The position numbers and the translations under genes were made by a program. Shown piece after piece: positions 1 through 11,286 of a stretch of DNA of 57,147 nt; position 1 is the stretch's first letter, and every line of letters starts with the position of its first letter. Origin of the DNA: Dimargaris cristalligena (taxonomy: Eukaryota). Under the pieces are notes generated by a model, which searched no databases, was not told where the DNA came from, and saw nothing but the letters and a program-made list of their open reading frames with translations. The stretch spans positions 1-57,147 of the forward strand of contig ML002252.1 in the NCBI GenBank assembly GCA_003614675.1, written 5' to 3'.

Positions 1-567
1 TGGGGGGGGGGAGAATACGGTCGGGGTATGGGTTACAATAACTTTTAATGGAGGACTCGGGTAGTTCCCGCAAGGAAAGACATAAAAATAAAAGTGAGGG
101 GTGGAGTATTGAACAATGTGAATGGTGGAATTAAGAGCATGGACAATTGTGGGTGAGAGGGGGGAGAGAAAAGAACAAAATAGGCTTGGTATCTTTTGGC
201 CTGTCATTGGTTGCTGCTTGGTATGCGTGCTATAGTAAAGGCTCTCTCCAATACAACCGGTAAGTGTACCGGGATGGCATACCAATAACACTCTATTCAT
301 AAGAAGGCAGGGAGGGGGGGCCTCTAGCCACTTCCACGTCACTCTTCGGCTTTTAAATTGACGCCTGTGCATTTGAGACGCATATTACAATAAGCCTACT
401 ACTATATACATGATTAGGTTGTATTATACATTTTAGTAGTCGAGAAAATAAAAGAAAATAAAACCAAGTACTAAATACTAAATAGAACGGAGTTGCCCTC
501 GCTGCGTAGTATGCGCCAGAACGGACATGCATCTAGCCGGGATTAAATTTATGGCCTCCGTGTTTGA

Positions 568-1909
568 CTATGCTAGTCTGTTTTGGGTACTTTTGCCGAG
601 CGGGAAGCGCTCGATGACTAGCTCTAACCCAACGGCCTGGCCAATTAATGACAGCCAAGTTAGCAGATAATTAGATACCATACGCGGACCACGGCTTAGG
701 ACACTTTCCAGTGATTGCGGGGGGTCTTCGGGTAGGGTGGCATCGGGGCTTTCATCGACGCTAGCCAGTAGACTGGTGGTGTTGCAGGGATGGATGTAGA
801 AGTAGGGTACCCCAAGGAACGGATGGTCCTATATATATTATACACCGGGGTATAGCCCATTCAACAGTAAAGAGGGTGAGATATAGTTAGTTAGACCCGG
901 TTAACGGACATACGGTGCCAATGTATATTGCCCAAGAGGTATGATTTAACCCTATACAAGATCATGGAAGAGTCCATGCAGTCGCGGCTTTACCTGCATA
1001 CTAATAGCGCCGCCGTAGGGGACACTATCCAGCGACGGCTTCCAGGTCTGCGAAATGACGTGCCTCTGAACACTGTCTAGATCTAATGTCTCCCCGGTTA
1101 CTACGGAAACAACGAGGGTTGATGGGGTAGGATGTATATACTGGGCAGTATTGGTAAGTATTGGGAGCTCCAGTGGCCATACCCGTATAGGAATATGGCG
1201 TATATATATATATCATCGAGAATGTATGGGTACCATCATTGAACAGGGCAACATGGGCTTCCGCTTACCTAAGTAGGTTGACCGAAAATGAAGAACGGGC
1301 ACCTGGTAGGAGGCCGAATAAACAATATGGTACTCCGTTTCGATCCACTGGCCATTAGCGGTATGGTTGATGGGAAGCTAGACGTAGCCAGAGAGAAGAT
1401 CCAGAAGATATTTGGTAGGCCCCGTTAATCCAATTAGCCCTCCTGAATTCCCAGGGTCTCGGGGTATTGTTCCAATACCCAAATTGACGGATAAAGCTAT
1501 AATTACTAGGGATAGGTGGTATAGCCATAATCACCTAGTATGGGAGGAAACAGCCCGGAATACCCGTGAATCAAGGAGCATCCCCTGAATAGATTAGAGC
1601 GGTATTGATGTGACCTACCGCTGACGGGTCGATATCCTCGGGCTCGTACGGTAGGTCTTCGTCCTGACGAGTGGCGGTGTTCTCGGCAATTAGCTTGGTT
1701 TGTTTATGGACCAGGTAGCCAGGTTCGGAAGCCGGGCTGGTGGTCCGCGTAAGTGTTCTCGGACCCCGGGAACGGGAGACGGTCACCCAGTGCCAGGGGG
1801 AATTGCCGGGCAGCCAGGTACTGGCTATGGCGATAAGCCCCTGGGCCGCCTCGGTAAATTGGCTAGGAGTTAGACAGGGGTATTGCGATAGCGTCCCGTC
1901 GGCCGCCAT
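568..1909 (-). CDS. ATG10: Autophagy E2-like conjugating enzyme Atg10; exons 1909-1619, 1377-1269, 1100-994, 828-568
   Basis: GT-AG exons join in frame by manual translation. The product contains EYHIVYSASYQVPVLHF, DHPFLGVPYFYIHPCNT (catalytic HPC) and NYLLTWLSLIG, typical of Atg10. Confidence 0.85.
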
Positions 1910-2926
1910 GTGGGAGTGCAGAGAGAAGGTGGGACGGGCAGGGTCCGGAGTTGGGGGTTGGTAAAGACAAGGGTGGGGGAGGGGGTATTATAGCTATGAA
2001 ATGAGACAATGCTGGGCAGCGCTCTCTATAGTTTAGGGAATGGGAGCGAAGCCAGGAGCTATCCAACCAACTAGGAGACGGAGTAACTAAGTGGATTTAG
2101 GGCAAGTAACTACTACCAACAGTTGGCAATCGATGACCAGTTAGTTGAAAGGGGAAGATAGAACCACGTGACTGGATTAGTAGGCAGTGGAATAATGGAT
2201 GGCAAAGTACGACTATATAGTCCGCGCCAACTGTTGAAATCCCCCCCCCACGCCAGGACATTTAACGCTGAGTGGAAAAAAAAGTGCGGAGAGTAATAGT
2301 GAAGGAGAGAGAAGTGGTGGGAATAGCAAGTAGGCAGAGGAGGAGGGCTATTGAGACCGCAGATGAGCTCGTTTAGGGAGATCTAAACTCCCGGCCACTA
2401 GGGCAGTATTCCTTTCCTCCAACATTGCCTGGTTCACTCCCTCCTACTCAGCCGCCATTCTCCCCGATCCACACACTTGTCGAGCCCTCCTTTCTCCGTT
2501 TGTTGCCGGCTAGTCTCTTTGGTTGATTCCTCCTTCTGATCCAGCTTCATCTAACTTCTTTCCATCACCCTTACTTCGTTACCTTCTCCAAGGTAGGTCA
2601 AACCGATTCCATCCAGCTTCAACTAAAACGACTGAACAGAGTGCCAAAACCTTGCCCGAGTAGATCGCTCCTGAAGCCAGCCGATTCATCTCCTCCCTAA
2701 GTCCGCACGGCGGGCTCGGATTCCTACGCAGGTGAATCCCCGTCGACCTGCCCGTAGCGCATACACTAAAGTATCAATCAGGCCCTCTCATCTCATATGC
2801 GCACACCCCCACTCACTGAATCCCCATTTGTTTTACCCATTCCTCTATTTTCTTATTCCCAAATCCCCAGAACGAACCCAATCCCTGGAAACCTCCTCAC
2901 AGCCCCTCCCGTATTATACACACAGC

Positions 2927-4386
2927 ATGGAAAACATCAACACGATTTTTGTCGACGGCACACTAGGCCAACAGGCCGAGGAACTGGCTATCCACATGGC
3001 TAAGCTGTCCGGTGTCGAGAAGCCCGAAGAGGCCCCGCTCGTTCAGCAACTCAAGGCCGCTGACAACGATACCGATGTCCTGGTTCAAGCTATTCTGCCC
3101 CAGCTGAATCTGCTATCGCAGACCCCGCCCAAGGAATACGAGGCGGTCTTCAACCAGTTCTTCATTATTCTCAAATCCGCTTCGTCGGAGGCCGTGGCCA
3201 AGCTTCTGCCCGAGATTATCAACGAGGTCGCCAACGGCTCCACCGCCGTAGTACCGGCTCTGCGAATGAAGGTGTAAGTACATTGCGCTAAAAATAGTAT
3301 ATATATATATATATATATAATCTCATTTCGTTGGAAACCTATTAGACATGGTACCGATGGGGTATTATCGTCGGGCTGGACCCCTCTATCATATTATTCC
3401 CCCTCCCAAGAATTTCTTCTAATTGCGTACTATATATATATATATATATATCATCTTTACCCCCACCAAAAAAATCAATAATCGCCAGGCTTTCGAATCT
3501 GTTTAACATCCTCGACGCCAACTCGGCGCTTCGGGCCGACGTATTGGTCGCCATCGTTGACCTTGCCAGTACCCACAGCATTCTCCGCACCCTGGGCTCG
3601 CAGCTCAACAAAGTGGACTTTTGGATTAAGGAATGGTCCCTATCGCCTTCCGCCTCCACCCAGCTCTATCTGAGCCTGAGCCGCGCCCTGGGATCCGGCC
3701 GGTTTTCCGCCCAGTCGCTGGAGTTCTTGGTCAAGGGTCTGCGCTCGGTCGAACAAGACCCATCATTCCAGTCGGGAAGCCTCCAGGCCGAGGCCACCCA
3801 GGCGGTGTGCAAAACCCTGCAGAGCTCCCGCCTGTACAATGCCGAGTCTTTGGCCGAACTGCTGCCCGTCCGGCAACTTAAGGGTACCAAGGTGTTTGAG
3901 CTTTTGGACATTTTCCTCCAGGGTAACCTGAGCCAGCTACAGGGATTTATCGCCGCCAACGGTGCCGAATTGGCCGAACTGGACCTCGAGAGCGAAGCCC
4001 TGGTGGCCAAGATGCGCCATATTGCCCTGGCTGCCCTTGGGGCCCGCTTCATTGGCCAGAGCCTGTCCTACAACGACATCGCCGCGGCCCTCGACATCCC
4101 CGTCGACGAAGTGGAGATGTGGACCATTGACGCCATCCGGGTCGGTCTGGTCCAGGCCAAGATGGACCAGGTGTCCCAGACTGTCCAGGTGAACCGAACC
4201 TTCTACCGCTCCTTTGGCAAGGACGAGTGGGCCGCCATCCGCAAACAGCTGGTGCACTGGGACAAGTCGCTGGTGGGTATCCTGCAGGTAGTGGGCAACG
4301 CCAAGCTGATTGCCCAGCAACAGACCCGTGTCCCCCACCACCCCAAGCCCCAATCCACTGCCCAGGCCAACTCCGCCTCCGCTTAA
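2927..4386 (+). CDS. eIF3m: Translation initiation factor 3 subunit M (PCI domain); exons 2927-3273, 3489-4386
   Basis: Start MENINTIFVDG. Intron 3274-3488 (GTAAGT...CAG) joins the frames. C-terminal PCI/winged-helix segment LSYNDIAAALDIPVDEVEMWTIDAIRVGLVQAKMDQ and RSFGKDEW match eIF3m. Probable 5'UTR intron at 2593-2925. Confidence 0.88.
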
Positions 4387-6097
4387 TTCTCCTCTACCTT
4401 GAATGAAATTTGACCTGATTAAACCTATTTCTTCTCTCTCTCTCTCTCTCTCTCTCTGCCTTCCACACATTACTGGTTGGTCCACCAGCACCCAGGTGAT
4501 ATTTGGGCTAGCCCTATAAAATTTATCCAATCATCTTTGCACCCCTCTACACCGTACTTCTTTGATTATTCCTCCAGGCATACCCATCAGATACATTCCT
4601 CCTCCTGTGTATTGCCCGTCCATTCGCTTAACCCTTCCATTATTATTGAGCTCGTTCTATTTTATTTCATTTGATTACATCTTGTTTTGTTTTCCATCTC
4701 ATTATTTTCCATGGGGCCTCACTGGGTTCCTACCCGTTTACTGTGTCCGTTTGTCCGTATGTTTAAATATCCCAATATAATCCCGAGTGGCGTACATAAA
4801 TACTTTTCGTTACCCCCACCGTATGGCTATTTATGGAGAAACTGGTCAGATACTTGTTTATTTTTAGATGCCGATTAAAAGTGGATGTGTTGGGGGTGAT
4901 CGCGATCTTCTTTTTTTATAATTTTTTATTTAATCGTTTAATCCTAGATGCCGTTGACTATGTTGGCATCTAATGCATTCGTCTATTTGAGCCGCTGCGG
5001 ACCATCCCTGGTCGGTATAAGGCCTGTTCGGGGGGTTCGAATAGCACACGTCCTTGAACCTTCGGCGCATTAAAGCCCAGTGACTAGATTAAAATATCGC
5101 CCCTAAACATAGGCAAAAAAGGAGGACCTGGGCACTGTAAGGATTTAATATTGGGTAGAATCAGGAATAATATGTTATGCTTAGAATAATACAACATGGG
5201 GGGGAGGAATCACGCTGCAGCTTTGGGGGACCCTGGGGGTGATTAATTTGCCTCCCTGCGGCGGTATTCGACTTTCGTAACGAAGGCCCAGACCAACAGT
5301 GAGGGGTGTTGGTGTATAGGCGAGGAAATGGTCTCGCTTCTTGTTTAACCTACAGGGACATGTCAAGCCGACTGTTGCCTGGTACCCTAAACAATCCGCC
5401 GCTGCCACCTTGCAGGTCGTTATGGACACTCCGCGACTCCGATGCCCTGGCGACATGGGCGTTTTTGGCGGTGTTTAATGATATTTTTTGAATCGGCAAT
5501 GGTGTGTGTAACTCTATTTTTCCCCTATGATGTAGTAGTGTCTGTTTCTCTCTAAAAGGATTGGCCGTACTGCGGTACCAAGGAGGCGCGCGAGTTGCTT
5601 CCAGCACCCCCTTTCTTTGGGTTGCTTATTCTCCGTTCCCACAGGCCACTTGTGCAATTTGGCAAGTTCTGATTGGCTGGGCCGGGTAAGATCACCTGCC
5701 ACTCAGAAACGGCCACGTAAAACCGTAGAGAATCCAACACTATGAGTGTGAGGGGATATGGAATCTAGGGGATAATAATTTAATAGCCGTCTACGCCTAT
5801 ACTATATATTACACAGTACACTGTTATTGTAATATATCTTCTACTGAGGGAGTGGCTTCAGAACAACTATTATATTTCCCCCGACCTTGGCACGGCCCTA
5901 TATAAGCCTTGTCCAAGTCGCGCCCGCGTTCGTTGATTTATGCATGTCTACATTTTACGGCCGTTTGTCTTGTGTGCTTAGTATACCATTTTACCGACTT
6001 TCTTAATTAATTCTCTTGGTTTGGCTTGGCGAGTCCTTCCTTCTGCTTCTCCCTTAACTCCCCTCCGCGCTTTCCCACTGCCTTCTCTCCGCCTCCC

Positions 6098-7575
6098 ATG
6101 TCTGACCCCATGCGACAAGCCGCAGCCTCCACTTCGCCAACCGCCGAAGCGGAACCCCCCAGCGGTTCTGGCGGGACTGAGCCGTCGTCCAACTGGTGGT
6201 ACACCACCGACTTGACCGCCTCTTCGTCCATGGACACCTCGAGCTTGACCAACCCGTCTTTGAGCGATAAGGCCGCCCTGGACCTGCTGTTGTATTCGTT
6301 CCTTAGGGAGTCCGGGCTGAATGCCTCCAACGATTCCGCAGGGGAGTCGTCAGCGGCCGCAGCAACGGCCCCCGAGCAGGCACCCACCAGCCCCTCTTCG
6401 GCTCTACCGCTGCTGCGGCCTCGCCTGTCCACCCACTCCAGCCAGCCGACCTCACCCGAGACTGGCGCAGCGGGAGCGGCCCCGTCACGGAAACGCACCG
6501 TCGCCGAGCGCGAGGAGTCCGTCTGCGAGTCCGTCGAGGGGAGTAGTAGCCCGGCGTCGTCGGTCATGACCACCGCCGTGGAATCCCCGGCTTCCCAAGG
6601 TCCCCCCGCCCCCAAACGCTCCCGCAAGGCGCTGAGCGAGGCGGAGGTACGCCAAAAGAAGCAGGAGCGCAGCCGGCGGAACCGCGATGCCGCCCAGCAG
6701 TCCCGCGAGAAGAAGAAGCAGTTCATCGCGGACTTGGAGGTCCAGAACGGCCAATTGCAAAGTGAAAATGGGGAGCTTCGGGCCCGCATGACGGACCTCG
6801 AAACCCAGAACCGGGCGCTATGGGAGCGGCTCGAGTCCCTTACCCAAGTCGTGCAGCAGCTTCACTCCCCCCTGGGAAGTGCGACGCTTGGTCCGATGGC
6901 CCAGGCGGGCGGCGTTGGCCTGGGTGCGTTGCCGGGTTTGCTGGGTGTTGGCTCGGAGGGCCTACTTGGCTTTGGAGGACAGGGGGGCATTCAGATTTCC
7001 TCGGCTGGTTTTGGCGAGTCGGCAGTACTCGACCAGTTGGGCTCCGTGCTTTGGCCGGGGCTCAATTCTCGGCAGCAGAGACCAGTCCAGGGGCTGTCCA
7101 TCCCTCTCCCTCCCCAAGTCCTAGTTCCCCTCCAGTCAGCATCAAGCCCGAACCCGCTTCACCCCATGTTCAACCTAATCCCCACCTCCACCACCATACC
7201 AACGACGACCAGCTCCGGTCAAGTGGCACACCCTTCGACGGCGTCCCCCATATGGACGACGCTGAACTCGGTCAGTTCCTGGACGCCCTTCTCACTGCCT
7301 ACCCAGCCGCTACCGCCGACCCTGCTGGCGCTCTGGTCAGCCTACTATGCCCATCTCACTGCTCCACCCCTCAGTCCCAGCGGTCCAAACATAACATCCC
7401 CTCCCCAACAACCACTGGCGGACAGGGTACTCCAGACCTGGGCCACCCTTCGCCTCTCAGTCTACTGGATTGTTTGCCGTCTCCGGCAGTACTCCCTCCG
7501 TCTCCAGCCTTTGCTCAAATGTACCCAAAGCTGGAAACCATCGCAGCGCCGCCGGCTATTGCACTTCCTCAGTAA
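6098..7575 (+). CDS. HAC1: HAC1/XBP1-like bZIP factor, predicted IRE1-spliced isoform join(6098-7022,7073-7575), 475 aa
   Basis: Removing 7023-7072 gives ...GESA-AETSPGAVHP... and enters the open frame ending at 7575. The new tail has IKPE and the acidic/hydrophobic segment MDDAELGQFLDALL. Confidence 0.75.
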
Positions 7576-7876
7576 GGCCCTCCAGTCGCCCAATCAGTCC
7601 GTTCGCAAGCAGGGCCTGTCGCTGCTAGCACTTCCCGCTGTTTCTCGCACTACTACTTCTATTACTACTTCTTCTTCTTTAGCTCCCGGTGCTTCGTTGC
7701 CCAATCCAGTGTCTACTCCGACTCCAACCTCTTTGCCTGTTTCGCTTGGGATGTCATCACTCCCGTCCATTAACTCCTCCGGAGAATTAGATGGGTGGTG
7801 GATGAATAACACCTGGGCTCTCCGCCGCGAAGACGCCTTTCGGCTGAGCCCCAAGCCCGTCGCCCTAACCTACTAG
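6098..7876 (+). CDS. HAC1: HAC1/XBP1-like bZIP transcription factor, unspliced isoform (592 aa from ATG 6098)
   Basis: bZIP basic region QERSRRNRDAAQQSREKKK plus leucine zipper, resembling Hac1 RNRxAAxxSREKK. It is followed by an IRE1-type intron. Confidence 0.85.
   Translation: MSDPMRQAAASTSPTAEAEPPSGSGGTEPSSNWWYTTDLTASSSMDTSSLTNPSLSDKAALDLLLYSFLRESGLNASNDSAGESSAAAATAPEQAPTSPSSALPLLRPRLSTHSSQPTSPETGAAGAAPSRKRTVAEREESVCESVEGSSSPASSVMTTAVESPASQGPPAPKRSRKALSEAEVRQKKQERSRRNRDAAQQSREKKKQFIADLEVQNGQLQSENGELRARMTDLETQNRALWERLESLTQVVQQLHSPLGSATLGPMAQAGGVGLGALPGLLGVGSEGLLGFGGQGGIQISSAGFGESAVLDQLGSVLWPGLNSRQQRPVQGLSIPLPPQVLVPLQSASSPNPLHPMFNLIPTSTTIPTTTSSGQVAHPSTASPIWTTLNSVSSWTPFSLPTQPLPPTLLALWSAYYAHLTAPPLSPSGPNITSPPQQPLADRVLQTWATLRLSVYWIVCRLRQYSLRLQPLLKCTQSWKPSQRRRLLHFLSKALQSPNQSVRKQGLSLLALPAVSRTTTSITTSSSLAPGASLPNPVSTPTPTSLPVSLGMSSLPSINSSGELDGWWMNNTWALRREDAFRLSPKPVALTY
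7023..7072 (+). other. Unconventional (IRE1-cleaved) 50-nt intron
   Basis: Stem-loops CGAGT-[CGG|CAGT]-ACTCG and TTCT-[CGG|CAGC]-AGAG both have 7-nt CNG|CNGN loops. Flanking exon pairing 7003-7010/7080-7087. Length mod 3 = 2. Confidence 0.8.
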
Positions 7877-10800
7877 GAAGAGCCGGACACCCTAATTAGC
7901 TTTAATTCAGTCGACTACCATTTAAAATCATCTTTTCGGCTTTTAGTACCACTATGTAACAACAAAACCCTCCAATTTTTTTTACATTTTCCATTACCAT
8001 AATGACATTCGCCTCCTCTCTTAACGTCCATACTACTACTCCTCTATTTATAATACCGCCCACACAATAAACGTCCAACGAATTAATGAAGTACGGCCTC
8101 ACTCGGCGGGAATGTATTAATAAGTCCCGTGCCACAGTAATTTAAGGCCCAGTGTAATTTTAGATAGACTTGGAGTTAGGGCTGGGGCTGCCATGCTAAT
8201 GTATTGAACTAATCTATCTCGGCAATGTCCACGCTTCGATGCAGATAACGATGTGCACTCGGGTTTAGTTGGGTCAAATTCACCAAGTGGTCGTTAATGG
8301 AGTTGGTATAGGCACCTTATCTACCCCCCTCTCCGAACTAAAGAAAATCACATCTGTGACTTCTTTGAAGAGGGGGATATACCACTATTGTTTTGGTGAG
8401 GCCATCAACAGTACTCCCAAGGGATTTGCCATAAGTCATCAAAACAAAAATTGCAACAGGGAGGAGATGGCCAGCGGGATGATCATGGTGCCTTTTTTTT
8501 CGTTCAAAGCACGCCTCCCGTCATTGGGGATTTTCACCGAATGCCATCGCCCGATGACGCTTTCCTTCGGCCCCGCCGGCACTGGACCCGAATCTTCAGG
8601 GTTCCCTTTTTCACTACAGCAGGCTGACTGCTTAGGTGACTTGGGGATGGCCCCCTCTGCTTGGCGGTCCCAATCCTTCGTATTATTCGTGCTGCTCTCG
8701 GGCCTTCCTCAGTCAGTATGAGGGAGCCAAGACAAAAAGAGCAATAATATATCTATAGCTATATATATATATATATATATATGGAGGCTGCGCAATACAT
8801 TAAATAATGCTAGGGTCCATTGTTATTTTGGTATGTTTCGCTGGGAACTATATCCATCGGTGCCTCTTAAAAATAATAAAACTTATACGAGTGAGGCTAT
8901 ATTCCACTGCTCCACCAGGCCTATTGTATAGCGGCGAGAGTGGCTTCCTCGGTCGAGTCCTTCTAAATAGGACGAGCCAGGGGAGGATGCAGTCGGTTAT
9001 TGGCTGTAAGCCTTGGAAACACCAAAGTAGATGTGGTTGTATAGAGATGGAGTGCGTGCACCTATTTCCGACTCGGTTTTTCATAGTTAATATGTCCCTT
9101 TTACTCCCGCAGCCCCACCCTGATTGTACTCGGCGCTTCTATGGGTCCGTTTTCACTTCACTTCCCTCCAATGAAGTCTGCCGAATGCACTGGCTGATCC
9201 ATAACGATAGATAGGCAGCAGGCCCCTCTCGACACGACACGCGGGATACAGCCCTGCCGTTCTTCGGCCACTTGACCGGGTCATTGGGACCAACCGTATC
9301 AGCATCATCCGCCAAGACCCATATAGCCAAACATAATATCCATAGTAGTCATCATAACCATAATCGTAGATTCAAAGATGGTCCTCTCTTCCTCCCTCCC
9401 CTCGCCTCTCCTTCCCCGACGCGTCGATTCATTCACGTTTCCAAGACAAACGACGTGTGTGTGTGTATCGCCCACCCCTTTCCCAGCTAGGAATAATCCA
9501 CTACTCCCCCTCCATGTTGATAATGGGTTCCGCGGTTGGCCCAATTACCCTGCATCTTCCATTCCGCCCATTGTAACCATCGTGTGCTATATGCTATTAG
9601 TGGTGCCGCCGGGTCAGAAGGTGGTGGTGGTACCTTCTCTAGACACCACTGTGTATTGTTATTGCACCGGCTTAATCAGTCGGTTTAAGGGTCGGGAAAG
9701 AGAACGCCAAGTGGGCGGAGGTGAAGATGTAGAAGAAGAAGAAGGTGGAGGGTAAGTAAGAGTTGGCGGAGGGGGGGGCGGTTCAGCCCAGGGGCACACA
9801 CCACGGGTCCCCGATTCAGTCCCGCCACGGGATCCAAGTGTGGCTGGCCTGCATATCCACTCGGACGATGGCTCAAAAGAGAGAGAGAGAGAGAGAGAGA
9901 GTCCATGCCTACTCAAGTTGGCCCCCCACTCCCTCCCAGCAAAAAAAAATAGGGAGGAGGAGGAGGGGGAGGAAATAGAGTATGGCTATACCTCCCTCCC
10001 CCCCTTCCCCACTCGATGAGATTCCGAAATAATAATAATAATAATAGCGCACTGGTCACCCAATCTAGGTCTACTATCTACTACTCGGTGTGAGCGCGCT
10101 GGGTCCCACCACTGCGGGCGGCGGTGGTATAGGCGGTGACTTGGTTACTCGACAGGGCAGTGCAGTATTATTTTGACTGAAGAGCACACTTTCGGCACAT
10201 TTATTAGCTTCGCTAAATCAAGGACATGCCGCAAATTACTCGAGCCACCATGTATAGTCTTAGCCAAACCCGGTCTCTGGGTATAGGGAGATGGGGGAGC
10301 AACTGGGCAATCAATTGTACGCTAAAATGCATTTCAGAATGGGGGGAGGTACTTAATAAACCGCTAGGCTGCCGAAACGGCCCACGTTTTATTGATGAGG
10401 AATTAGGGGTGGGTAGTGAGGGGGGGAGATAATGATGGAGTAGGGGCTGTGTCACGGCGACTAAGCTTGTTAGACTCTCGGGTAACAACTCCCGGTAAAT
10501 AAGCAACGTACTAGAGGTACATATAATAGGGCCGGGTAAGACGAATGAATGGATATGGGTATGAATAAGACATAAAACTAAAAGTACGCTTAAAAATGAA
10601 CGGCAGGCGATGTGGACGGGCCCTATAGAAAAAATAGACGTGGTAGTGACTCCAGGGTACTAATCAGTGGCTATCGTAAAAGGGGTGTAGCCCACACGTG
10701 CGCTATTGTGGGGAGGAAGAGAAAGGTGGGAGGAGGTAATGCCAATGGAGGATTTTGTTGCAATGTATCCTAGTTAAGCGGATAGGAATTCAAGTCTCGA

Positions 10801-11286
10801 GAAATTAGTGGCACATTCATGGTCGCCGGTGGACTCTAAAAGGTAATGAAAGTTGGCGCTAAAAGAACATAAATATAATATATATATATATGTGAAAGAA
10901 GAGGCAAAAATACAAACAGGTGGAGGGGGGTGCAAGTAATAATAATAATATCATACAATTGTAGAAAAATGGACATCAACGAACCCGATGAAGTTAAAAG
11001 GCAGTTTGGTCAACCAAACAGACTATGGACAGGGGGTCATGAAGACCATTTACGTGAAACCATACAGAAAAAAATAATAGTACTAATAATAGTAGTATAG
11101 TAGTAGTATTTGTGCAAATAAGAAGGAGAGGGGGCATTACCGGGTAGCCAGTACTGACGTCAAAATAGAGACTTTTTTGAGGGTCAACGAGTATAGTAAG
11201 GTACAGCCCGAGGCGGCTATGGTTAGCCCCTGACGCCTATTTTACGGGCGCCACCGGCTGCTGATGCTTTCTCTCTATTCCTTAGT

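Noticed and set aside
334-341. CCACGTCA (UPRE/CRE-like) near the left edge
   Set aside because: Single short motif; any target gene lies outside the window.
2706-2766. Hairpin followed by ACA in the eIF3m 5'UTR intron, as a possible H/ACA snoRNA
   Set aside because: The pocket-to-ACA distance is about 23 nt rather than 14-16, and there is no convincing first hairpin or H box.
4864-5045. TAGATGCC direct/inverted repeats and GGTTCGAAT (tRNA T-loop-like)
   Set aside because: No cloverleaf or T-stem can be built, and the repeats are too short with no TSD.
6007-6789. 260-aa antisense ORF over the bZIP gene
   Set aside because: Shadow ORF of a GC-rich coding sequence with no domain features.
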